64,000 nucleotides of DNA, taken from NCBI GenBank assembly GCA_963849325.1, contig CAWKHF010000012.1:64001-128000 (forward strand), in the 5' to 3' direction. A program made the translations under genes and the position numbers. This DNA is from an uncultured Planctomycetota bacterium. Its GTDB lineage: Bacteria > Planctomycetota > Planctomycetia > Gemmatales > Gemmataceae. This document shows, in pieces, positions 53,917 to 64,000 of the stretch. Under the pieces are notes generated by a model. The model was not told the DNA's origin. It searched no databases and saw nothing but the letters and a program-made list of their open reading frames with translations. Numbering within the stretch: the first letter of the stretch is position 1; each line of letters starts with the position of its first letter.

Positions 53917-56900
53917 TTAACGTTCTTCCGACGCCACGCCGCAACCGGCGGATGTGGTAATTGCGCCGTCGCCGTTGTGTACCGCCTTGCTCTCCAGCAG
54001 CAGGGCGCGATGTCTCGGCCGCGCCGGAGCGCGGCGCCGCAGGGCCGTCCCCAGCAGCCACGGAATGCCCAGCGTGAGAATGCCGAGCACGTACATCAGC
54101 ACCCTGCCAATCAGCCGCGTCCGTGCCGACGCGAACAGCGGCGTCTCGGCCAAGCCCTCGATGACGTAGAAGAACACCGGCGTCAGGAAGATGCCGAACA
54201 GCGTCACGCCCAACATGCCGCTGAAGACCGCCGATGCCCAGCGTGCGCCGCATCTCCGCGCCGGCGCCGTTGGCGAGCATCAGCGGCACGACGCCGAGGA
54301 TGAAGGCGAACGAGGTCATCAGGATCGGCCGCAGACGCAGCCGGCACGCCTCCAGCGTGGCCTCGCGGCGCGACAGGCCGCCCTCCTCGTGCTTGTGCTT
54401 GGCGAACTCGACGATGAGGATGGCGTTCTTGCTGGCCAGGCCGACCAGCACCACGAAGCCGATCTGCGTGAAGATGTTGATGTCGCCGTGCGTGACGGCC
54501 ACGCCGGTGAGCGAGCCGAGGATGCACATCGGCACGACGAGGATGACGGCCAGCGGCAAGCGCCCAGCTCTCGTACTGCGCCGCCAGCACCAGGAACACG
54601 AACACCACCGCCAGCGGGAAGATCAGGTTGTTCCAGATGTTCTTGGCGGCGTCGATCTGCATGTAGTTGATCTCGGTCCACTCGAAGGCCATGCCCGGCG
54701 GCAGCACTTCATGGCACAGCCGCTCCATCTCCTCGATGCCCTCGCCCGGTCGAGACGCCGGGCTTGGTGGCGCCGAGGATGGCGGCGGCGGGGTACATGT
54801 TGTAGCGGCCGATGTTGATCGGCCCGCCGATCTCGCGGACCTTGACGCACCGACCCTAGCGGCACCATCTCGCCAGTGGCGTTGCGCACCTTGAGCAGCT
54901 TGACCTTGTCGAGATCGTCGCGGAACTGCGCCGTCCGCCTGGACGACCACCTGCCAGGTGCGGCCGAAGCGGTTGAAGTCGTTGACGTAGCAGCGAGCCG
55001 AGGTAAATCTGCAGGGTGCTGAAGACGTCGGCGGGGTTGACGCCCATCGTCTGGCACTGGTCGCGGTTCGAGGTCGACGTACAGCTGCGGCGAGTTGGCC
55101 CGGAAGATGCTGAACAGATTCTCGACCTTGTCGCTCTTCTTCGATCGCTCGATGAGGCGCTCGATCTGCTTTTGCAGTTTCGATCAGGCCGAGGTCGCCG
55201 CGGTCCTCGATGATGATCTTGAAGCCGCTGGCCGAGCCGAGGCCGGACACCGGCGGCGGCGTGAAGATGGACACCTTGGCCTCGGGGACTTCCTTCTCCA
55301 GCAGCTCGCGTACTCGGTCGGCGATGGCCGTGGCCGACAGCGCCGGATCGCGGCGTTCGTCGAAACTCGTCGAAGGTGACGAAGAACTGGCCGAAGTTCG
55401 AGCCGTTGGCGTTGAGGGTGAACGACTGGCCGGCGATCTCGGTGATGTGGACGACGCCCTGTCAGCGGCTGCACCAGTTGTTGAATGTGGTCGACGACCT
55501 TCTGCGTCCGCTCCAGCGAGGCGGCGTCGGGCAGCTGCACGGCGATGTAGAAGCGGCCCTGGTCCTGGTTGGGAATGTAGCCGGTGGGCAGACGGCTGGA
55601 GGTCCACCACGTCAACAGCAGCAGGCCGCCGTAGACCACGAGCACCACGGCACTGCCGCGCAGCGCCAGGCCGACCGTGCCGGTGTAGCCGCTGGTGGCC
55701 CGGCCGGAAGGCCGCAGTTGAACAGGCGGAAGAACCAGCCGAGTACGCAGGTCGAGCAGCCGGCCGAGCAGGTCCTTTCGGGCCCGCGCGGCGGCAGCAG
55801 GATGGCCGCCAGGGCCGGGCTGAGGGTCAGCGAGTTGAACGCCGAGATGACGGTCGAGACGGCGATGGTCAGGGCGAACTGGCGGAAGAACTGGCCGGTG
55901 ATGCCGCTGATGAACGCGCACGGCACGAACACCGCCGACAGCACCAGGGCCACGGCGATGACCGGCCCGGACACCTCGTCCATCGCCTTGTGGGCCGCCT
56001 GGCGCGGCGTCAGGCCGTGCTCGATGTGGTGCTCGACCGCCTCGACGACGACGATGGCGTCGTCCACGACGATGCCGATGGCCAGCACCAGGCCGAACAG
56101 CGTCAGGTTGTTCAGGCTGAAGCCGATGGCCGCCATGACCGCGAAGGTGCCGACGATGGCCACCGGCACCGCCGACCAGCGGGATCAGCGCCGAGCGCCA
56201 GTTCTGCAGGAACACCAGCACGACGATGGCGACGAGGATGATCGCCTCGATGAGCGTGCGGACGACTTCGTTGATCGACTCCTGGATGAACGGCGTCATG
56301 TCGCAGCGAGATCGCGTAGTCGATGTCCTCGGGGAAGGCTTTCTTCAGCTCCTCCATCTTGGCGCGGACGCGGTCGGCGACGTCGATGGAGTTGGCGTCG
56401 GGCAGCTGCCAGACGGCGAGGCTGGCGTTGGGTCGGCCGTCGACCTTGCTGGTCGAGTCGAGGTTGCGGGCGCCCAGCTCGACGTGGCCGACGTCCTTGA
56501 GGCGGACCTTGCGGCCGTCTGTCGTCGGTGCGGAGGACGATGTCGTCGAACTCTTCGGGTTCGGAGAGCCGGCCGAGGGTGGTGATGGTGAACTCGAACG
56601 GCTCGCCGGAGTCGGTCGGCTGCTGGCCGATGTGGCCGGCGGCGACCTGCAGGTTCTGCTCGCGGAGGGCGTTGGCCACGTCGGCGGCGGTCATGTTCAG
56701 CGCCGCCAGCCGCTCCGGATCGACCCAGAGCCGCATGCTGTAGTCTTGCTGGCCGAACAGGTTGACGTCGCCGACGCCCGGCACGCGCGGCGATTTCGTC
56801 CTTGATCTTGATGGTGGCGAAGTTGCTGAGGTAGAGCTGGTCGTAGCGCCCGTTGGGCGAGTAGATGGCGACGACCTGCAGGATGTCGGGGTTGCGCTTG

Positions 56901-57294
56901 CGGGTGGTGACGCCGGCCTGCTTGACCACGTCGGGCAGCAGCGGCAGGGCCAGGTTGACGCGGTTCTGCACCAGCACCTGGGCGAAGTTCAGGTTGACGC
57001 CGGGCTTGAAGGTCACGGTCAGGGTGTAGCGAGCCGTCGTTGTTCGACTGCGACGACCATGTACATCATGTCCTCGACGCCGTTGACCTGCTGCTCGATG
57101 GGGGCGGCGACGGAGTCGGCGACGACCTGGGCGTTGGCGCCGGGGTAGGTGCAGGAGACGATGATGCTCGGCGGCGTGATCGGCGGATACTGCGCGACCG
57201 GCAGGTTGAAGACGGCGACGCCGCCCGCCAGGGTGATGACGATGGACAGCACCGCCGCGAAGATCGGCCGGTCGATGAAGAAGTGCGAGAACAT
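53917..57294 (-). CDS. RND (HAE1/AcrB-like) efflux permease, copy 1 (frameshifted)
   Basis: [54 protein letters not shown]. Confidence 0.92.
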
Positions 57295-57323
57295 CGCCCT
57301 TGTTGGTGAAAAACCCAGTTCCC

Positions 57324-57380
57324 TCGTTTCGCCGCGACGCGCAGCGGAGCGCGCTCTCGCTGCGCGTCGCGGCGAAACGA
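57324..57380. repeat. REP-like palindrome, family C
   Basis: tcgtttcgccgcgacgcgcagcg...cgctgcgcgtcgcggcgaaacga. Confidence 0.88.
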
Positions 57381-57381
57381 T

Positions 57382-58582
57382 CTATTGCTTGCTGGCCAGC
57401 AGCCGGGTCAGCGACGACTTGGGCGGCGGCGGTGCGTCCTGCATCTTCACCTCCACGCGCAGCTGCTGGCCGCACGCGCTGCATGCCGCTGACGATCACC
57501 CGCTCGCCTCGCCTCAGACCGTCCTTGACCACGCGCAGCCCCTCGATCGACTGCCCTAACGTCACCGAGCGATACTCGACTTCGTCCTTGTCGTTGACGA
57601 TGTAGACGTACTTCCGTCCCTGGTCGCTGAGCAAGGCTTCATCGGGGATGAGCAACGTCTGATAAGGGATGCCGATGGGCAGGCGGATGCGAACGAACAG
57701 GCCCGACTTCAGGACGCGCTTGGGATTCGAGAACACGCCGCGCATGCGGACGGTGCCGGTGTTGGCGTTCAGGCGGTTGTCGAGGAAATTGACGGAGCCT
57801 TTTTGTCGAAATTCATCCTCGTTGGCCAGCCGCATGAGCACGGGAAATTGCAGCGACGAGAACCACGAGTTCGACTTCGGCGACGTCATCGACACCAGGT
57901 CGAGGTAGGTGCGCTCGTCCACGTCGAAGTAGGCGTACATCGGATCTTCGGTGACGATGGTTGTCAGGATCGTTTGGTCGGCATTGACGAGGTTGCCGGG
58001 GTCCACCTGACGACGGCTGATGCGTCCGCCGAGGGGGGCCGTGACCTTCGTGAATCCCAGGTAGAGCTTGGCCCGATCGCGGGCCGCTTGCATCGCTCCG
58101 ACCGTGGCGATGGCCTTGTCGCGGTTGGCAACGGTCTGTTCATATTCCTCTTTTTGGATGCTCCCCGTCGCCACCAACTGCCGGTCGCGCTCGGCCTTCT
58201 TGGTCTGAAAAGCGCGCTCCGCTTCGGCCTGCTTGAGGTTGGCCTCGGCCACCTTCAGGTCGGCCTCGTAAGTGCGCGGGTCGATCTCGAACAGCAACTG
58301 TCCCGCCTGAACGATGTCGCCTTCCTTGAAGGGAGCCTTGTCCACGTAGCCGGAGGCGCGCGGCCGAATGTCCACGGTCTTCAGCGCGTCCATGCGGCCG
58401 GTAAAGTCCTGGTAGTCCGTCACTTCGTCGGTGATCGGCGTGGTGGCGATGACCTCGACGACCTTATTGCCCTGCGGCCGCGGCGCGCGATGGCAGCCGA
58501 CGCCCAGCACCATCGCCGCCAGGGCAGCGCCGACTCCGAATGCGATACGCCGTCGCCGAGATGGGGGGCCAGAATCACTCAT
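57382..58582 (-). CDS. RND efflux periplasmic adaptor (MFP) lipoprotein
   Basis: Lipobox VLGVGC; VDIRPRASGY, GQLLFEIDP, VTAPLGGRI, TGTVRMRG, GLRRGERVIVSG. Frameshift near the 3' end. Confidence 0.92.
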
Positions 58583-58804
58583 CGTCGCTCTCCGGAAACA
58601 CGATGCGGTTGCTGTCGTCCGTTTCGCGGCTCGATAGCTGTCGGGAGATCGAGCCGGGGGATCAAGGTGGGCATTGCACGGGCGGCACAAATCATATTGC
58701 GGACTGACCAGTCAGTTCTATTTCATTATCGAGGCCGGCAGAACTTTGTCAACCGGAAAAATCCTCCCAAAAAGAACATGGGTGCGTGCGGATTGGGGTA
58801 GTCG

Positions 58805-58928
58805 CCCTCGTTCCCAAGCTCTGCTTGGGAACACACGTCGGGAAGCTCTGCTTCCCGTCCGGTCAGAGTCGGGCCGCGAAGCAGAGCTTCGCAACCGGGC
58901 GTTCCCAAGCAGAGCTTGGGAACGAGGG
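58805..58928. repeat. Composite palindromic element built from aagctctgctt units
   Basis: ccctcgttcccaagctctgcttgggaac ... gaagctctgcttc ... gaagcagagcttc ... gttcccaagcagagcttgggaacgaggg. Confidence 0.85.
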
Positions 58929-59042
58929 TCTGAGCATCCGAGCCGGAAGCGTCCGTGAAAGACGCTTTCGATTTGCCTGCCCGTCCGCCGCCTCGGATAA
59001 TGAGGACAACTCTTACCAACCCTCCGCAATGAGGATCTACCG

Positions 59043-61805
59043 ATGCAACGTCGCGGCATTTTCCTTGGTGTCGTTCTCGTTCTCGGCTTCCGGGCCGCGC
59101 CGGCGGCGGCCGGCGACTTCGAGCCGGACCCGCGTTCCGTGCAGCGTTACGGCCCGGCGTATCGCTATCCCCAGGCCGGCTGGATCGTGCTGCACATCGA
59201 GGGCGAACCGTACCAGCGCGGCTGCCAGCACGGACGGCTTGCTGGCCGAGGAGATCGCCGCGCACGTTCGCTGTTTCGCCGCCGTGCAGAGTCCCAAGGC
59301 GCCGGCCGACGGCTGGAAAGCGACGCGCACGCTCGCTCAATTCCCTGTTCCTGCGCCGCTATCACAAGGAATATCTCGAAGAAATGAAGGGCATCGCCGA
59401 CGGCGCCAGCGCCGCCGGGGCGCGTTTCAACGGCCGGCCCCTCGACCTGCTCGACATCGTCGCCGTCAATTCCTGGTCCGAGGTCGAGACGCTCGATCAC
59501 GCCCTGAACGCGACGCCGACCGGACTGGAAGGCATGCGTTTTCCGCGCGAGGCGCCGCAGGCGGCGCCGGGAGCCGAAGCCGATGCACTGCAGCGCCTTC
59601 GCCGCCAACGGCAGGGCCACGCGCGACGGCAAGATCGTCTTCGGCCACATCACCATGTCCGGGCTTTATCCATCCGGTTTCTACAATGTCTGGCTCGACG
59701 TGAAACCGGCGCGCGGTCATCGCGTCTTGATGCAGACGTATCCCGGCGGCATCCAGAGCGGACTGGATTACTACCTCAACGATGCCGGCCTGCTCGTGTG
59801 CGAGACGACGCTGGCCCAGACTGCGTTTCGACATCACCGGCATGACCGTGCGCCTCGCGCATCCGCCAGGCGCTGCAATACGCCGACAGCATCGACAAGG
59901 CCGTGGAGATTTTCAGCGAGGGCAACAACGGTCTGTACACCAACGAATGGCTGCTGGCCGACATCAAGACCAACGAAATCGCCATGTTCGAGCTGGGCAC
60001 GCACAAGAGCAAGCTGTACCGCAGCAGCAAGAACGAATGGTACGGCGGCACGGAGGGTTTTTACTGGGGCTGCAACAACACCAAGGACCTGCAAGTCCGC
60101 CTGGAGACGATCGCCAGCGTCGAGGGACGCCCGGCCGTCGGCGGTGTTCCGTCCCTCCGAGCGCGACAAGAAATGGCTGGACTTGTACGACCAACACAAG
60201 GGCAAGATGGACGCCGACGTTCGGCAAGCTCGCCTTCACCACGCCACCGCTGGCCGCTTATCACTCCGTCGATGCCAAGTTCACGACCACCGACATGGCC
60301 CGCGAATTGAAGACGTGGGCGTTGTTCGGCCCGCCGCTGGGCCGGACGTGGAAGCCGACCTTCGAGGAACGGCAGCGTTACTCGGAAGTGCGGCCGCTGG
60401 TCAGCAATCCCTGGGCGATCCTGCACGCCGCGCCGCCCAAGGGTGGCCGCGTCAAAGACCTCGTCGTCGATCTGCCGGACCCGACGCACGGCGGCAAAAC
60501 GTCGGCGGTGCATACCTCCTCGGTCCTGCCGCCGACCGTCGCGGCCTGGCACGGGACGCTGCTGCCGAAGACAGACGCCGACGCCTGGCTGGCGACCGGC
60601 CTTCGCCAATTACGAGCGCATCGCCGCCCTGGAGAATACCTTCCGCAAACGCGCCGCCGACGGGAAGCTGACCTGCAGCGACCGCGAACAGCTGGCCCTG
60701 GCGCTGTTCGCCTATCGCGCTGACTACGAACTGGGTGCGCGGGCGAGGCCGGAGACGCCGTTGGCCGCGACGCATGCCGACCTGCGGAACAACGACTGGT
60801 ATCGCGTGGCGGCGGGCAAGGGCGTGTGGCTGTTGCACAGTCTGCGCCGGCAGATGGGTGGTAAAGCGTTCGACGCCATGATGGAGGCGTTCGGCCGCGA
60901 ACACGCCGGCAAGGCCGTCACCGCCGCCCAGTTCCAGTCCCATGTCGAGAAATGGGTCGGCAATTCGCGCGGCGATTTCTTCGACGCCTGGCTGAACGAG
61001 ACTGGCCTGCCTCGCTACCAGGTCGCCGTCACCGGCACCACCTCGACGGCGAAGGGACACGAAGTCACCGTCGAAGTCCGCCGCGACCGAGGCGGCCCGC
61101 AAACCGCACTCGACGTCACGGTCGAGACCGTCAAGGGCGACGTGACGCGCGAAGTACGCATCGATGGAACAACAACTCGCATGGTGATGGAGACGAGCGA
61201 ACCGCCGTTACGAGTGGTGCTCGACAAGTATGGCCAGGCCGCCAAGGGCAACGGTGGGCCGTTCTCCATCCTGACGCCGCAGGCGGAGCTGGAGCAAACG
61301 CTCATCATCTACGGCACCGCCGACGAGCGCTCGGCCAACCGCGAGGCGGCCGAAGCGCTGCGGCAAGCGATCCGCGAACGCGGCTCGAACATCACCGTTG
61401 CTATCCGAGCTGACAAGAGCGTCATCGACACGGAATTGCAGTCCCATCACCTGCTCCTCATCGGCCGGCCCGAGACGAACATGGTGGTGAAGCGGTTTCA
61501 GGATGCTCTGCCGATTTCCTTCGGCCGCGGCTCGTTCGCGGTGCGGCAGGAGGTTTATGCTCACCCGGACAGCGCCATCCTCGTCGCCGCCGAGAACCCG
61601 ACGAACACGTCGCTTCTCGATGGTGGTCCTGGCCGGGCTGGGCGCCGCCTCGACGCTGCGCATCGCGCCGCTGGCCGTCGCGCGGCACACGCTCTCAGCC
61701 GAGGTCGTGGTGGTGCCGCACGGTGGGACGACGCGAGCGCTGGTGGTGCCGGCGAAAGATTTGGTCTGCGAGGTGAAAGAAACCGTGTCGCGGAAGGGGG
61801 AGTAA
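59043..61805 (+). CDS. Exported C45-family Ntn-hydrolase fused to an M1-aminopeptidase-like C-terminal region (frameshifted)
   Basis: Signal peptide; GEPYQRGCQHG, EMKGIADGA, nucleophile motif HCSAFAA, NDAGLLVCETT; later KGVWLLHSLRRQMG...FFDAWLNETGLP. Confidence 0.75.
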
Positions 61806-61808
61806 TTG

Positions 61809-61868
61809 CGTTTAGCCGCGACGCGCAGCGGAGCGCGAGAGCGCTCCGCTGCGCGTCGCGGCTAAACG
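61809..61868. repeat. REP-like palindrome, family C
   Basis: cgtttagccgcgacgcgcagcggagcgc...gcgctccgctgcgcgtcgcggctaaacg. Confidence 0.9.
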
Positions 61869-61884
61869 AAGCGACTTTCGCACA

Positions 61885-62840
61885 TCAATGAAGCGGACTG
61901 GGACCATACTCATGGAGTCCGCCGTCACTGGGACGGTACTCCATCGTATCGACGCCCTCGGTGTGCGGACAGGTTTCCTTGTCCTTGCCCTTCTTGCCGT
62001 GCTTCTTCGGCGCCGGCGCCGGCTCCTCGCTATTCTCCTCCTTGCCCGACTTCGTCGCCGCGGTGTCGGACGGATAGCTCTTGCCGGTGTAGGGGCAGTA
62101 CGTATGCGGGCAGCCGGAGTAGTGTTCGTGCAGGTGGCTGTCTTCCTGGCACTTCGGCTCGGCTTGCGGCTCATCCGAGCGGATCGATGGCTCCTCCGTC
62201 GGGGCGGGCAGTTGCTCGGCGGGCTCCGACTTGCTCTCCCGGCCGGACGCCTCGAACAGGTTCATCCACGCCTTGAAAACCTTATCGTCCGATTCATCGC
62301 CGCCGGCGGCCGGCTTCTCCGCCTCGCTGTCGGCGTAGGGCATGCTCGGCTTGGACATCGGCTCGTCGTCGGTGCAGTACGGCATGACCATCGGGCAGAT
62401 GCCGTCGGGCAGCCCCGGCAGATCGATGGTCGAGGAGGGAGGCTCGGCCTCTTCCACGCGGGACGCCGGCTCCTCTTCATTGATGACGATGGGGTCCGGT
62501 CCCTGCTCGACCTGCTGCACCGGCCCGTCGAGGACAACTCCCTCAACCACCTCGACGGCGGGTTCCGGCGCGACCGGCTGCGGGTCGGCCGGGATGCATT
62601 CTTCCGTGGAGCCGGCGACAGTCGCCGTCTCCTGCGGCGTCAGATAGTGGTGGGTCGCCTGGACGACCATCGTGGCCAGGCCCGTGACCGGCTGCATGGC
62701 GATCGAGGCGTTGGCCGCCGTGGTCAGACAGCGGCCCACGGTCGAGTTCGGGATAGCTGCAGGCATAGTACGCGGCCGACAGCAGGACTCCCGCCGTCAG
62801 CACGCCGACGGCCGAGATGGCACCAGAACGCTTTGCGCAT
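61885..62840 (-). CDS. Hypothetical acidic, Pro/Glu-rich protein with Cys/His clusters and N-terminal hydrophobic segment (frameshifted)
   Basis: MRKAFWCHLG / LTAGVLLSAAYYAC / ORF 61885..62766; RBS-like agggag upstream. Confidence 0.6.
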
Positions 62841-63011
62841 AATCTCCCTCTGCTCCTGGAAAGTGGATGGAGTCGTCAAGCGAAGATGGGAGCAGCCGGG
62901 CCAGGGGCCGGCCGCCATGTCTTCCGCGCGATCGAGGACCGGCGCTGCCGATTCAATGCGGCGCGGACTATAGCCACGACGCCCTCTCCTTGCCAGAGCA
63001 TTTCACGCGTC

Positions 63012-63120
63012 AGGGAATAGGGAATAGGGAATAGGGAATAGGGAATAGGGAATAGGGAATAGAGAATAGGGGACGCAGACTCCTTCTTCTCTATTCCCTA
63101 CTCCCTATTCCCTATTCCCT
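63012..63120. repeat. Inverted heptamer tandem array
   Basis: (agggaat)x7 plus agagaat, a spacer, then about 4 complementary ctattcc/ctactcc units. Confidence 0.9.
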
Positions 63121-63166
63121 TCGCTACAATCGATACCGTCAAATCAAATAACTTGGGCAAGGGGTG

Positions 63167-63195
63167 CTTGACGGATGGGAGCGGAGGCGAGATGA
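63167..63195 (+). promoter_or_regulatory. Putative sigma70 promoter
   Basis: TTGACG-17 bp-GATGAT upstream of the structured leader. Confidence 0.35.
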
Positions 63196-63205
63196 TAGGA
63201 GAAGT

Positions 63206-63426
63206 GGGATGGTCCGACCCGACGGAGGTTCGGCATCCGACGGGGAGTAATGTAACTCCCGGCTGTGTGCATCGCGTGCATGGGACTGGCTTGATCCGGT
63301 CCGGAGGTGACCAAGGGAGGTGGCGGTGAAGTATCGAACCCCTCCAGTGCAAACCTGGCCGACCTCCTGTCTCGGATCGCAAAACCGGAAGGAGGTCTCT
63401 TGAAACTCGCTACGCAACCCACGGAA
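63206..63426 (+). ncRNA. Candidate structured RNA / regulatory leader upstream of rsfS (identity unresolved)
   Basis: Multiple complementary segments: gggagt/actccc, ggactgg/ccggtcc, gatccg/cggatc, ggaggt/acctcc, gacctcct/aggaggtc. Confidence 0.4.
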
Positions 63427-63790
63427 CAGTACCTGACTTTCGACCTCTCTGGAGCGGGCCTGCCTGGCCGCCCACGTGGCCGCGGAAAACAAGGGCCGCG
63501 ACGTTGTGGTCCTCGACATGCGGGGCATCACCCCCCTGTACGACTTCTTCGTCCTCGCCACCGGCGCCAGCCGGCGGCAAATCCACACGATCACCGAAGA
63601 AATCGACGCCGCCCTGCATCGACGGGGCGATCGCCGTCTGTCCGTCGAGGGCTACGAGGCGAGCAAGTGGGTCGTGCAGGATTACGGCGACGTGGTGGTC
63701 CACGTGTTCGACGAGACGACGCGGCAATACTATGCCATCGAGGAGCTGTGGGCCGACGCTCCGCGCGTCGATTGGCAGCGCCATTACTAG
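63400..63790 (+). CDS. rsfS: Ribosome silencing factor RsfS (Iojap); start uncertain, 5' frameshift
   Basis: ENKGRDVVVLDMRGITPLYDFFVLATGASRRQI...EG...WVVQDYGDVVVHVFDETTRQYYAIEELWADA; SD aggagg then TTG at 63400. Confidence 0.93.
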
Positions 63791-63798
63791 CGGCGCAA

Positions 63799-63865
63799 CC
63801 GAGCCGCGACCGTTAGGGAGCGGTTCGCAGCGCCAGTCCACCGCTCCCTGACGGTCGCGGCTCGG
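63799..63865. repeat. REP-like palindrome, family A
   Basis: ccgagccgcgaccgttagggagcgg...ccgctccctgacggtcgcggctcgg. Confidence 0.9.
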
Positions 63866-63886
63866 AGGCAAGGGGCGGTTGGAACC

Positions 63887-64000
63887 ATGAATGTTCTCGC
63901 GCTGTTGCAGCACAAGCTCCAGGAGGCGCTGACCGGCCTGGTCGCCGACCCGGCCGTCTACGCCGCGATGCTCAAGCCGGCCCAGGACGCCCGCTTCGGC
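63887..64000 (+). CDS. argS: Arginine--tRNA ligase, N-terminal fragment (runs off the window)
   Basis: MNVLALLQHKLQEALTGL...MLKPAQDARFG matches the ArgS N-terminal domain preceding GDYQ; only 38 codons are visible. Confidence 0.6.
   Translation, partial: MNVLALLQHKLQEALTGLVADPAVYAAMLKPAQDARFG

Noticed and set aside
63310..63345. tRNA/tmRNA 3' end on the minus strand (ggttcgat...ccgccacctcc) or a canonical T-box on the plus strand (GGAGG-UGGC)
   Set aside because: No cloverleaf or CCA end, and the T-box UGGNACC bulge and stem I motifs are not matched. Kept only as part of the unresolved structured-RNA candidate.
63384..63396. ccggaaggag as the SRP RNA domain IV loop
   Set aside because: The flanking conserved CAGG...AGCAG internal-loop nucleotides are absent, and the sequence is explained by the rsfS Shine-Dalgarno.
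46..63790. Dozens of frameshifts suggesting mass pseudogenisation or programmed frameshifting
   Set aside because: They are single-base indels spread over unrelated and conserved genes (RND pumps, ATPase, rsfS), with motifs intact, no in-frame stops noticed and no consistent slippery sites. Long-read consensus error is the simpler explanation; read polishing would confirm.

Overview
High-GC bacterial chromosomal DNA, very probably Planctomycetota and Gemmataceae-like. This is inferred from DUF1501, a DUF1559 remnant, an ECF sigma/Ser-Thr kinase pair, a multiheme cytochrome and planctomycete-style palindromic repeats. Most long genes are split by single-base frameshifts, most simply explained as long-read assembly errors, so genes were stitched across frames and their ends are approximate. 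About 42 genes were identified. In order: an RPH/PEP-synthase-like phosphotransferase, a low-GC orphan plus higBA in what looks like a decayed integron-cassette array, a methyltransferase, a winged-helix-rhomboid fusion, SpoIVB(S55) peptidase plus a beta-propeller partner, an ECF-sigma/kinase locus bracketed by two PIN toxin-antitoxin modules, and an AT-rich islet with a duplicated-domain orphan and a perfect 28-bp palindrome. These are followed by a P-type ATPase with an in-frame REP insertion, a thioredoxin-NHL/DsbD/pentaheme cytochrome cluster, Uma2, MATE, a TetR-controlled ABC exporter, a caspase-TPR-glycine-tail locus, DUF1501, otsA, FHA, an MFP with two RND pumps, a C45/M1 peptidase fusion, and rsfS-argS preceded by a structured leader. 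At least seven classes of palindromic or tandem repeats punctuate the window. No rRNA, tRNA or CRISPR array was seen.
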